The notes under the pieces: generated by a model
Databases searched by the model: none
What the model was told of the DNA's origin: nothing
Seen by the model: the letters and a program-made list of their open reading frames with translations, nothing else
Part shown: positions 29,553 through 38,524 of the stretch, in pieces
How positions within the stretch are numbered: the stretch's first letter is position 1
How the letters are laid out: each line of letters begins with the position of its first letter
NCBI RefSeq assembly: GCF_041248615.1
Contig: NZ_CP158426.1
Length of the DNA stretch: 64,000 nt
Reading direction: 5' to 3' (one strand)
Source: Escherichia coli
GTDB taxonomy: Bacteria > Pseudomonadota > Gammaproteobacteria > Enterobacterales > Enterobacteriaceae
Position numbers and translations under genes: made by a program

Positions 29553-31028
29553 TCATTTTTTGCTTTTTTGTACTTCCTTTTCGTATTTGTTCCACATAGC
29601 CTTTTGCTCTTCGGGACTGAGTGCTGTATTACCACTGGCAAGAAACACCTTGAACGCTTCTAACTCAAGCCCTGGGTTGCGGCTTTTCCAGCGGCGAAAA
29701 CGCTTAGCGTGATTATCATCAAGAGTGAAACGCTTTTGCTTATTCTTTGAACCTTGCGGCCTGCCTCTCGACCTCTGCTCATCATCAATACCGATATCTA
29801 TATACTCAATATTATCTGTAAGAGATCTGGCTTGCCATTCATCAAAAACATAAACAGTCTGTGTTTCAGTACTGTCAAAATCCCTTGAAATTCCTCGTAG
29901 TACGAACTGGTGTAAACTTTCGTACTCCCTCGCAACATGTATCGCCTCGCCGTCAATCTCAAAGAACAATTCGCACTGTTTAGCCTCTGTTTCAGAGGGA
30001 CGCATACAAGCGAGCCAGACGCACGTGAGCAAGTGTTGGTACTGGTTAAACCCTCTGGCATCCGGGCTTATCTCTGTGCCGTTTTTGAGGCTCTGAGAAT
30101 CGCTTTTGTTCTTCGTCCAGTAGAAATCCTGTCCCTCAAGTTTTTTATCAATAAATGAGTATATTTTTTGTACTTTATCAGGGTTATTAGTCTTCCATGT
30201 CTTCGATAGTTTTTGATTTTTTGAGAAGTAATAAACCTTTAATCTGTCTTTGAGAGCTGTTTTTCGTGTCAGTAATCCTCCAAGTTCAGTACTTTCAAAG
30301 AGTTCTTTATTGCCTTTATAGATCAATGAATTTTCGAAATTAGCTCCGAGAAAGGTGATTGATACGTCTTTGTACTTACTGAGATCTTTCCATGCGGTAA
30401 TATTAAGCTGTTCCTTTTTCGCATCGGTAAAGTACTCATTATTCATGATGAACATATCATTTTCGTTAATTGCTGGTAGCTGGTTCAAAATATTCTTCAG
30501 TACTTCCCCTTGTATTTCTGGTTTTCTTTCTGCCGCAATATACATATTTTTATCATCTAATGTCAGTACATTGTGTATTAATGAATTAAGAATTGTATTT
30601 TTTATATTAGTATCACCCTCATTAATATTCTGAAAAGAGTGAAAATTAGTAACGTCGTCAATATAAATATTACAGTCAGATAACAATTCAGGAGGAATTT
30701 TGAAAAACGTTTTATCTGTTATGAGTAATGTTTTATTACTTCCAGATGAAAGAAAGTTAATAACTGAATTAATAACACTTTCATCTTTTGGTACTGTATC
30801 TGTAATTATATACTCGCAATTATTGATTTGCTTTGCTGTCTGCTTAATAAGTTCTTGAGTGTTCTGTACTAAAATATATTTTTCAGTACTGTTATTGATT
30901 ATATTGCATATAGCAGTAGTTTTACCTGAACCACAAGGGGCGGAGACATACTTAAATTTATTATAAATAGGTGTGGGATTAATCATTTGTACACGCTCCA
31001 TATTGATTAATGTAGAAAGGTCAGCCAT
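29553..31028 (-). CDS. SF2-helicase-like P-loop NTPase with a C-terminal AT-hook/basic tail
   Basis: 491 aa. Walker A APCGSGKTT, Walker B-like NIYIDDV, motif VI-like HQFVLRGISR, and an AT-hook core SRGRPQGSKNK near the C-terminus. Confidence 0.7.
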   Translation of the reverse strand: MADLSTLINMERVQMINPTPIYNKFKYVSAPCGSGKTTAICNIINNSTEKYILVQNTQELIKQTAKQINNCEYIITDTVPKDESVINSVINFLSSGSNKTLLITDKTFFKIPPELLSDCNIYIDDVTNFHSFQNINEGDTNIKNTILNSLIHNVLTLDDKNMYIAAERKPEIQGEVLKNILNQLPAINENDMFIMNNEYFTDAKKEQLNITAWKDLSKYKDVSITFLGANFENSLIYKGNKELFESTELGGLLTRKTALKDRLKVYYFSKNQKLSKTWKTNNPDKVQKIYSFIDKKLEGQDFYWTKNKSDSQSLKNGTEISPDARGFNQYQHLLTCVWLACMRPSETEAKQCELFFEIDGEAIHVAREYESLHQFVLRGISRDFDSTETQTVYVFDEWQARSLTDNIEYIDIGIDDEQRSRGRPQGSKNKQKRFTLDDNHAKRFRRWKSRNPGLELEAFKVFLASGNTALSPEEQKAMWNKYEKEVQKSKK

Positions 31029-31370
31029 TCCAGTGTCTGGCCTTTCGTTGTTTTAGTTATTAGTCTTTTTGAGTTGCGACAACTGCAAGAGAATGTTTAT
31101 AAACAAGTGAAATAAGCAGTTTTACCGCCTCAAAAGCTACAGTCAGTTTCGTAATTATTTTCGAAAGCATCGTAAATTTCACTTCGCTATCTTCTATGCA
31201 AAAATTAGCAGCCTGAGGTATTTAATGATTGAGATGTGGCCTGTTGATAAGAGGGTTTGTATTGCTTGTTCTGCTCTTTGTTAATTTGTGACTTATTCCT
31301 TTCACAATGATCGGCTATGTTTGATAACTCTGTTAGGAAATCACCTATGGCTACCATATTGGATTTGCCC

Positions 31371-32276
31371 CTATATTTCCAGACACCTGTTATCACTTAA
31401 CCCATTACTGGCCTGCTGCCGCAGATATTCCCGTGGCGAGCGATAACCCAGTGCACTATGCGGATGCCATTCGTTATAATGCTCGAACGCCTCTGCAAGG
31501 TTCTTTGCTGCCGTTAACCCGTCTGGTTTAGGCATGATACTGATGTAGTCACGCTTTATCGTTTTCACGAAGCTCTCTGCTATGCCGTTACTCTCCGGAC
31601 TCCGCACCGCCGTGTTCTTCGGTTCAAGCCCCAATATCCGGGCAAACTGCCGTGTTTCATTAGCCCGGTAGCATGAACCATTATCCGTCAGCCACTCTAC
31701 TGGAGACGCCGGAAGCTCGTTGCCGAAGCGGCGTTCCACCGCTCCCAGCATGACGTCCTGTACTGTTTCACTGTCGAAGCCGCCCGTAGTGACTGCCCAG
31801 TGCAGTGCCTCACGGTCACAGCAGTCCAGCGCGAACGTGACTCGCAGTTTTTCTCCGTTATCACAGCGGAACTCGAACCCGTCAGAGCACCATCGTTGAT
31901 TGCTTTCTTTCACGGCCACTTTGCCAGTATGTGCCCGTTTCGATGGCGGTACAGCGGTTTTTCGCTCAAGCAACAGCGCATTCTGGCGCATGATCCGGTA
32001 AACACGTTTGGCATTGATCGCAGGCGTACCATCAAGTTCGGCCTGTCTGCGAAGCAGCGCCCATACCCGACGATAACCATACGTGGGCAGCTCTCCGATA
32101 ACATGGTGTATACGGAGAAGCACATCCGTATCATCTGAGTGACGGCTGCGGCGACCATCTTTCCAGTCATCGGTTCGTCTGAGAATTACGTGCAACTGCG
32201 CACGCGACACCCGGAGACAACGGCTGACTAAGCTTACTCCCCATCCCCGGGCAATAAGGGCGCGTGCGCTATCCAC
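31371..32276 (-). CDS. insD: IS2 transposase OrfB (InsD, DDE domain)
   Basis: 301-aa ORF overlapping orfA in the -1 frame, as in IS3-family elements. Confidence 0.92.
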   Translation of the reverse strand: MDSARALIARGWGVSLVSRCLRVSRAQLHVILRRTDDWKDGRRSRHSDDTDVLLRIHHVIGELPTYGYRRVWALLRRQAELDGTPAINAKRVYRIMRQNALLLERKTAVPPSKRAHTGKVAVKESNQRWCSDGFEFRCDNGEKLRVTFALDCCDREALHWAVTTGGFDSETVQDVMLGAVERRFGNELPASPVEWLTDNGSCYRANETRQFARILGLEPKNTAVRSPESNGIAESFVKTIKRDYISIMPKPDGLTAAKNLAEAFEHYNEWHPHSALGYRSPREYLRQQASNGLSDNRCLEI

Positions 32277-32599
32277 TTTTTTGCACGCCCGTATTCAACG
32301 GCTTCTTTAAGGAGTTCATTTTCCATCGTTTTTTTGCCGAGCAGGCGCTGGAGTTCTTTAATCTGCTTCATGGCAGCAGCAAGTTCAGAGGCAGGAACGA
32401 CCTGCTCTCCTGCGGCCACAGCAGTAAGACTTCCCTCCTGGTATTGCTTGCGCCAGAGAAATAACTGGCTGGCTGCCACACCGTGTTGCCGGGCAACAAG
32501 GGAGACCTTCATTCCCGGTTCAAAACTCTGCTGAACAATAGCGATCTTTTCCTGTGTAGTACGCCGTCTGCGTTTCTCCGGTCCTAAGACATCAATCAT
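32234..32599 (-). CDS. insC: IS2 OrfA (InsC, HTH)
   Basis: Start at [22 protein letters not shown] (ATG 32599), 121 aa. Confidence 0.9.
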   Translation of the reverse strand: MIDVLGPEKRRRRTTQEKIAIVQQSFEPGMKVSLVARQHGVAASQLFLWRKQYQEGSLTAVAAGEQVVPASELAAAMKQIKELQRLLGKKTMENELLKEAVEYGRAKKWIAHAPLLPGDGE

Positions 32600-33184
32600 C
32601 TGCTCTCCAATGACTAGTCTAAAAACTAGTATTAAGACTATCACTTATTTAAGTGATATTGGTTGTCTGGAGATTCATGGGGCCAGTCTACATATAATCA
32701 TGTTCATCTTCTAATTCTTTAAATTTTAATAGAGAAATCTCTTCATAATATTCTTTCATTTTCATATAAATCACCTTTTATTTTTTTGTTGTTAACACAG
32801 GTTTTTTTCTGCACTACACATTATAGCACATAGAATTAATTCGTTTCATTTTCTGTCAATGAAATAGAGTAAAGATAAATGCTTTTATAAAGCACTTATC
32901 ACATCCGTTGCCTTGCTATATATAAAAAGTTCTCCAAACTATACTGGTGTATATTTTCCCCATCAGATACAGTTGTTTTTAAACATTACAATGTTGGATT
33001 CTTGGTTCCAAATAAATCGAGCAACTATTAGTGTTTCAAAATGAAGTTGGGAGCTATTCCTTAATTCGTATGAGGTACAAAATGGGGTACTCGGTGGGGT
33101 ACAGCGTGTATAAGTGACGTCACCACGGGTAAACTTGCATCGGCGAGCAACTTAACCTAAGCTGACAAAAATTAAGAGAAATGT

Positions 33185-33264
33185 AACCAAACGACTCGGG
33201 GTGCCCTTCTGCGTGAAGGCTGAGAAATACCCGTATCACCTGATCTGGATAATGCCAGCGTAGG
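33185..33264 (+). repeat. attR: 80-bp direct repeat (thi-box aptamer copy contiguous with the native thiM expression platform)
   Basis: Identical to 20520-20599. Confidence 0.9.
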
Positions 33265-33317
33265 GAAGTCACGGACCACCAGGTCATTGCTTCTTCACGT
33301 TATGGCAGGAGCAAACT
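33185..33317 (+). promoter_or_regulatory. thiM TPP riboswitch (aptamer plus SD-sequestering expression platform)
   Basis: Contains the thi-box CTGAGAAATACCCGTATCACCTGATCTGGATAATGCCAGCGTAGGGAAGTC. GGCAGGAGCAAACT then precedes the ATG of thiM. Confidence 0.88.
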
Positions 33318-34106
33318 ATGCAAGTCGACCTGCTGAGTTCCGCGCAATCTGCGCACGCGTTACACCTTTTTCACCAACATTCCCCTCTTGTGCACTGCAT
33401 GACCAACGATGTGGTGCAAACCTTTACTGCCAATACCTTGCTGGCGCTCGGTGCATCGCCAGCGATGGTTATCGAAACCGAAGAGGCCAGTCAGTTTGCG
33501 GCTATCGCCAGTGCGTTGCTGATTAACGTTGGCACGCTGACGCAGCCACGCGCACAGGCGATGCGTGCCGCCGTTGAACAGGCAAAACGCTCTCAAACAC
33601 CCTGGATGCTTGATCCAGTAGCGGTGGGTGCACTCGATTATCGCCGCCGTTTTTGTCTGGAACTTCTGTCTCATAAGCCAACCGCCATACGTGGTAATGC
33701 TTCGGAAATCATGGCATTAGCTGGCGTTGCTAATGGTGGACGGGGAGTGGATACCACTGACGCCGCAGCTAACGCGATACCCGCTGCACAAACACTGGCA
33801 CGGGAAACTGGCGCAATCGTCGTGGTCACTGGCGAGATGGATTATGTTACCGATGGACATCGTATCATTGGTATTCACGGTGGCGATCCGTTAATGACCA
33901 AAGTGGTAGGAACTGGCTGTGCATTATCGGCGGTTGTCGCTGCCTGTTGTGCGTTACCAGGCGATACGCTGGAAAATGTCGCATCTGCCTGTCACTGGAT
34001 GAAACAAGCCGGAGAACGCGCAGTCGCCAGTAGCGAGGGGCCAGGCAGTTTTGTTCCACATTTCCTTGATGCGCTCTGGCAATTGACGCCGGAGGTGCAG
34101 GCATGA
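33318..34106 (+). CDS. thiM: Hydroxyethylthiazole kinase
   Basis: 262 aa, [33 protein letters not shown]... Confidence 0.96.
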   Translation: MQVDLLSSAQSAHALHLFHQHSPLVHCMTNDVVQTFTANTLLALGASPAMVIETEEASQFAAIASALLINVGTLTQPRAQAMRAAVEQAKRSQTPWMLDPVAVGALDYRRRFCLELLSHKPTAIRGNASEIMALAGVANGGRGVDTTDAAANAIPAAQTLARETGAIVVVTGEMDYVTDGHRIIGIHGGDPLMTKVVGTGCALSAVVAACCALPGDTLENVASACHWMKQAGERAVASSEGPGSFVPHFLDALWQLTPEVQA

Positions 34107-34903
34107 AACGAATTAACGCTCTGACGATTGCCGGTACTGATCCGAGTGGTGGTGCGGGGATTCAGGCCGATCTTAAAACCTTCTCGGCACTTGGCGCTTA
34201 TGGTTGCTCAGTGATTACTGCACTGGTGGCGCAAAATACCCGTGGCGTACAGTCGGTGTATCGCATTGAGCCTGATTTTGTCGCCGCCCAGCTCGATTCG
34301 GTGTTCAGCGATGTGCGAATCGATACCACTAAAATCGGTATGTTGGCGGAAACCGATATTGTTGAAGCGGTGGCAGAACGGTTGCAACGTTATCAGATCC
34401 AAAACGTGGTACTCGACACCGTTATGCTGGCAAAAAGCGGCGACCCGCTGCTTTCACCTTCGGCGGTTGCTACGCTGCGCAGTCGATTATTGCCACAGGT
34501 TTCATTAATAACGCCAAACTTGCCCGAAGCTGCTGCCTTGCTCGACGCGCCACACGCGCGCACCGAACAGGAAATGCTGGAACAAGGGCGATCGCTGTTG
34601 GCGATGGGCTGTGGCGCAGTGCTAATGAAAGGTGGTCATCTGGATGATGAGCAAAGCCCGGACTGGCTGTTTACTCGCGAGGGAGAACAACGGTTTACCG
34701 CACCGCGCATTATGACCAAAAACACCCACGGCACTGGTTGTACGCTCTCTGCGGCGTTGGCTGCACTACGCCCGCGCCATACAAACTGGGCTGACACCGT
34801 ACAGGAGGCAAAAAGCTGGCTTTCATCGGCGTTAGCCCAGGCCGACACGCTGGAAGTTGGTCACGGTATTGGTCCGGTTCACCACTTCCACGCCTGGTGG
34901 TGA
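34103..34903 (+). CDS. thiD: Hydroxymethylpyrimidine/phosphomethylpyrimidine kinase
   Basis: 266 aa, [27 protein letters not shown].... 4-nt overlap with thiM. Confidence 0.96.
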   Translation: MKRINALTIAGTDPSGGAGIQADLKTFSALGAYGCSVITALVAQNTRGVQSVYRIEPDFVAAQLDSVFSDVRIDTTKIGMLAETDIVEAVAERLQRYQIQNVVLDTVMLAKSGDPLLSPSAVATLRSRLLPQVSLITPNLPEAAALLDAPHARTEQEMLEQGRSLLAMGCGAVLMKGGHLDDEQSPDWLFTREGEQRFTAPRIMTKNTHGTGCTLSAALAALRPRHTNWADTVQEAKSWLSSALAQADTLEVGHGIGPVHHFHAWW

Positions 34904-34958
34904 GCACCGTACTATAGCTGCTTTGGTTATTGTCAGCCTTTGGCACTGACATTCAGGG

Positions 34959-35786
34959 ATGAAACCAATGCAGCTAAGAATCACCAGTCGAAAAAAACTC
35001 ACCGCTTTATTATGCGCTCTTGGGCTAATTTCCATCGTTGCGATTCATCCGCGTCAGACGGTGAATTTTTTCTATTCGACAGCAATTCAGATTAAAGACT
35101 ACATCCACTTCTACGGTTATCGCCCGGTTAAATCTTTCGCTATTCGCATTCCTGCCAGTTACACCATTCACGGAATAGATGTTTCGCGCTGGCAGGAGCG
35201 AATCGACTGGCAGCGGGTGGCAAAAATGCGCGATAACGGTATTCGCTTGCAATTTGCCTTTATCAAGGCGACGGAAGGCGAAAAGCTGGTGGACCCCTAT
35301 TTTTCGCGTAACTGGCAACTAAGCCGCGAAAATGGCCTGCTGCGCGGGGCGTATCATTATTTTTCCCCGTCGGTATCCGCTTCAGTTCAGGCGAGATTAT
35401 TTCTGCAAACGGTGGATTTCTCACAAGGCGATTTCCCTGCCGTGCTGGACGTAGAAGAACGGGGAAAATTATCGGCAAAAGAATTACGCAAGCGGGTAAG
35501 TCAGTGGCTAAAAATGGTCGAAAAAAGTACGGGGAAAAAGCCGATTATTTACTCAGGAGCCGTTTTTTATCACACGAATCTGGCGGGCTATTTCAATGAA
35601 TATCCGTGGTGGGTGGCTCATTACTATCAACGTCGTCCGGACAATGACGGCATGGCCTGGCGCTTCTGGCAGCATTCCGACCGTGGACAGGTAGATGGCA
35701 TTAATGGTCCGGTGGATTTTAATGTGTTTAATGGCACGGTGGAGGAGTTGCAGGTATTCGTTGATGGGATTAAAGAAACGCCTTAA
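34959..35786 (+). CDS. yegX: GH25 lysozyme-family protein YegX
   Basis: 275-aa ORF (alternative start MQLRIT at 34968). GH25-like motifs GIDVSRWQ and FAFIKATEG. Confidence 0.88.
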   Translation: MKPMQLRITSRKKLTALLCALGLISIVAIHPRQTVNFFYSTAIQIKDYIHFYGYRPVKSFAIRIPASYTIHGIDVSRWQERIDWQRVAKMRDNGIRLQFAFIKATEGEKLVDPYFSRNWQLSRENGLLRGAYHYFSPSVSASVQARLFLQTVDFSQGDFPAVLDVEERGKLSAKELRKRVSQWLKMVEKSTGKKPIIYSGAVFYHTNLAGYFNEYPWWVAHYYQRRPDNDGMAWRFWQHSDRGQVDGINGPVDFNVFNGTVEELQVFVDGIKETP

Positions 35787-35837
35787 ATAAGAAGCAGTGA
35801 TATACTCCCACCAGACTCCCTGGCAGGAAAAAGACAA

Positions 35838-36584
35838 ATGGAACAAGCGCATACCCAGCTGATTGCCCAACTGAACGAACGTATTTTAGCGGCGGATAAC
35901 ACGCCGCTTTATATTAAGTTTGCCGAAACGGTAAAAAATGCCGTGCGCAGCGGGGTGCTGGAGCATGGCAATATTTTGCCCGGTGAGCGTGATTTAAGTC
36001 AGTTAACCGGCGTTTCGCGCATTACGGTGCGCAAGGCGATGCAGGCGCTGGAAGAAGAGGGCGTGGTGACGCGTTCGCGTGGTTACGGTACGCAGATCAA
36101 CAACATCTTCGAATACTCGTTGAAAGAAGCGCGAGGTTTTTCTCAGCAGGTGGTATTGCGCGGGAAAAAGCCCGATACACTATGGGTTAACAAGCGTGTC
36201 GTGAAATGTCCCGAAGAAGTCGCGCAGCAGCTAGCGGTCGAAGCAGGAAGTAATGTCTTTTTGCTTAAGCGTATTCGCTATGTCGATGAAGAAGCGGTAT
36301 CAATTGAGGAATCGTGGGTTCCGGCGCATTTAATTCATGATGTTGATGCCATCGGAATTTCTCTTTATGACTACTTCCGCAGCCAGCACATTTACCCACA
36401 ACGTACGCGTTCCCGCGTTAGCGCCCGGATGCCGGATGCCGAGTTTCAGTCACATATTCAGTTAGATAGCAAAATACCGGTGCTGGTGATCAAGCAAGTG
36501 GCGCTTGACCAACAGCAACGGCCTATTGAGTACAGCATTAGCCACTGTCGCAGCGATCTATACGTTTTTGTGTGCGAGGAGTAG
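35838..36584 (+). CDS. yegW: GntR-family transcriptional regulator YegW
   Basis: 248 aa. wHTH LPGERDLSQLTGVSRITVRKAMQALEEEGVV and a UTRA-like C-terminus. Confidence 0.9.
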   Translation: MEQAHTQLIAQLNERILAADNTPLYIKFAETVKNAVRSGVLEHGNILPGERDLSQLTGVSRITVRKAMQALEEEGVVTRSRGYGTQINNIFEYSLKEARGFSQQVVLRGKKPDTLWVNKRVVKCPEEVAQQLAVEAGSNVFLLKRIRYVDEEAVSIEESWVPAHLIHDVDAIGISLYDYFRSQHIYPQRTRSRVSARMPDAEFQSHIQLDSKIPVLVIKQVALDQQQRPIEYSISHCRSDLYVFVCEE

Positions 36585-37523
36585 TTCCTCGCGCGTTGGC
36601 GCACAATCACCGCCCCGATGCCCGACAACCCATGACGCCACTGCATTGCCCAGTAATACAGCATCCGCCAGTGGCAGACCAGAGGCCAGCCCGGCAAGTA
36701 CGCCGCCGGCATGACTGTCGCCCGCCCCAATGGTGTCTACAACTTGAGTTGGAAATGCCGGAATGCAGCCAGAAGCGTCGTTGCTGAAATACCATGCGCC
36801 CTCTTTATCGAGACGAATGATCAACGGCGCGGCAAATTTCTCCTGCCATTGCTTGCCAAGTGTTGTTATCTCTGCGGATAAAGCAAAACGTTCGGCGGCA
36901 ATCTCAGCCTCCTGACGATTGAGTGACACTAAAGGTCGACAGGCCATGATCCGCGCCAGTAATGCATCCGGGATATCGCCAATACGTGGGCCAAAATCGA
37001 TAAACGGCGTCACGTCTTGCAGCTTTTCCAGCCATTCCACTAATAATTCGCCGCAGGGCGAGGCCAGTTGATAACCGGAAAAATAGAGCAGGCTGCCAGG
37101 CGCAACGGTTAATCGCGCCAGCCACTGGCGATTCCACTGATTTTCCACACCGCTGAATGACATAAAAGTGCGTTCGCCATCCGGCTCAACCAGCGCCAGA
37201 CACCAGCCGTTATCGCCTTCGGCGTTATCGATCAGGCTGATTAACCCCTCTTTCGCCATCCGGTTGCGAATAATCTCCGCCCACACGCCCTGACCGAGCG
37301 GCAAGGCATTACCCGCTTCGATGCCGAGGCGCTTTAACGCCACGGCAATATTCAGTGCGCAGCCGCCAACGTTAACGCTCTGCTGTTTCAGTTCGATATC
37401 GCACCCACGCCAGGGGAGGGCATAAGCGTCGGCGATCACATCAATGACCGCCGCGCCGACGACCATCACCGGCTGACGCGTGGCTAATTCAGGCAGCAGC
37501 GTGTGTAATCGAGCGCCGCTCAT
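36558..37523 (-). CDS. yegV: PfkB-family sugar/nucleoside kinase YegV
   Basis: 321 aa with the C-terminal PfkB signature DTIGAGDSHAGG. Confidence 0.9.
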   Translation of the reverse strand: MSGARLHTLLPELATRQPVMVVGAAVIDVIADAYALPWRGCDIELKQQSVNVGGCALNIAVALKRLGIEAGNALPLGQGVWAEIIRNRMAKEGLISLIDNAEGDNGWCLALVEPDGERTFMSFSGVENQWNRQWLARLTVAPGSLLYFSGYQLASPCGELLVEWLEKLQDVTPFIDFGPRIGDIPDALLARIMACRPLVSLNRQEAEIAAERFALSAEITTLGKQWQEKFAAPLIIRLDKEGAWYFSNDASGCIPAFPTQVVDTIGAGDSHAGGVLAGLASGLPLADAVLLGNAVASWVVGHRGGDCAPTREELLLAHKNV

Positions 37524-38524
37524 ATCGCCTCCCGTTGTTGGCGATACTTCGCCAGCGCCGTGGCATAGCGGTTGAAATCAAGCTGATTTACCGCATCCAG
37601 TTCCGTCTTTAACGCAGGATCGATTGCGTTAACGCCATGCAACGCGCCACAAATTGCCGTCGCCATAGCACCGATGGTGTCTGTGTCGCCGCCAAGGTTA
37701 GCGCACAGGACGGCGCAACGGTTCGGGTCGGTTTGTGCCAGTTCAACCAGCGCAATGGCGCACGGAACGGACTCAATAGTGCTGGTACCTGCGCCAACGA
37801 CCTGGTAAAGCTGTTCGCTGGCGGATTCGGTGCCGTCGGCATTGCGCACAATTTTCAGCGCAATCTCCAGACGTGCTGCCAGTGAGGCGCTGAAGGTAGT
37901 GATGCGTTTTTGTTGAGCATGTCGCGCAATTGAAGGCAGTGAATCAACAATTGCTGACCAGCTTTCTCCGTCAATGGCACGAGAAATCGCCCATGCGATG
38001 ACTACCGCCCCCGCAACCGCCAGATCGGATTTATGTGTCGGGCTGGAGGCCAGCGCCACATCATCAATAAAGGAATCAACATCACGCGCCGGAAGCAAAC
38101 AACCTAATGGCGAGACGCGCATCGCTGCGCCGTTGGTCACGCCGTTATTTTCCAGTTCAGCAACGGGTTTACCGTCGCGAATGGCGTTAAGCGCAATCTT
38201 CGAGGTCGGACCTAGTACGTTTTTGTTAAAGGCGTCGAAACGCAGCGCCCAGTCGAGAATATTACGCCCAATCAGATCTGGATCGATCTTGCCTTCACGT
38301 TCCAGTAACGCATCCGCCAGACACAGCGCCATCGAGGTATCGTCGGTGAATTCGGCGCGGTTAAAATAACAGGCTGCGTTATTCTCCTTTGGTCCAGGCA
38401 GAAAACGATCAATCCAGCCAAAGTGTGCTTTAACGCGGCTGCGTGGCCAAAGCTCGGAGGGCATCCCCATCGCATCCCCTAACGCCTGCCCATAAAGAGC
38501 ACCGAGAATACGTTCTGTTTTCAT
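37520..38524 (-). CDS. yegU: ADP-ribosylglycohydrolase-family protein YegU
   Basis: 334 aa. N-terminal GALYGQALGDAMGMP and C-terminal GGDTDTIGAM motifs. 4-nt overlaps with both neighbours. Confidence 0.9.
   Translation of the reverse strand: MKTERILGALYGQALGDAMGMPSELWPRSRVKAHFGWIDRFLPGPKENNAACYFNRAEFTDDTSMALCLADALLEREGKIDPDLIGRNILDWALRFDAFNKNVLGPTSKIALNAIRDGKPVAELENNGVTNGAAMRVSPLGCLLPARDVDSFIDDVALASSPTHKSDLAVAGAVVIAWAISRAIDGESWSAIVDSLPSIARHAQQKRITTFSASLAARLEIALKIVRNADGTESASEQLYQVVGAGTSTIESVPCAIALVELAQTDPNRCAVLCANLGGDTDTIGAMATAICGALHGVNAIDPALKTELDAVNQLDFNRYATALAKYRQQREAI

Larger units (their letters stand above)
31360..32690 (-). mobile_element. IS2: IS2 insertion sequence (1331 bp) with 5-bp target duplication
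   Basis: Ends TGGATTTGCCCCTATATTTCCAGACA (31360-) and, on the complement at 32690, TAGACTGGCCCC. Direct CATAT at 31355-59 and 32691-95. Confidence 0.93.
31205..32765 (-). pseudogene. 74-codon ORF split by IS2 (5' part 32696-32765, 3' part 31205-31359)
   Basis: Removing IS2 and one CATAT copy restores an in-frame ORF MKMKEYYEEISLLKFKELEDEHDYMVAIGDFLTELSNIADHCERNK...SGC. AAGGTGA SD upstream of 32765. Confidence 0.65.
20520..33264. mobile_element. Integrative genomic (defence) island inserted in the thiM leader
   Basis: Perfect 80-bp direct repeats at both ends, a tyrosine integrase next to attL, a visibly AT-rich interior, and cargo of defence/recombinase/IS genes. Interrupts rcnR-thiM adjacency. 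Confidence 0.85.

Noticed and set aside
33070-33117. Mini-ORF MRYKMGYSVGYSVYK sharing its first four codons with the integrase, considered as a remnant of a second integrase copy
   Set aside because: Identity stops after 13 nt and the ORF is only 15 codons. It is more simply explained as repeated protein-binding (arm-type) sequence, which is reported as a hypothesis in the findings.
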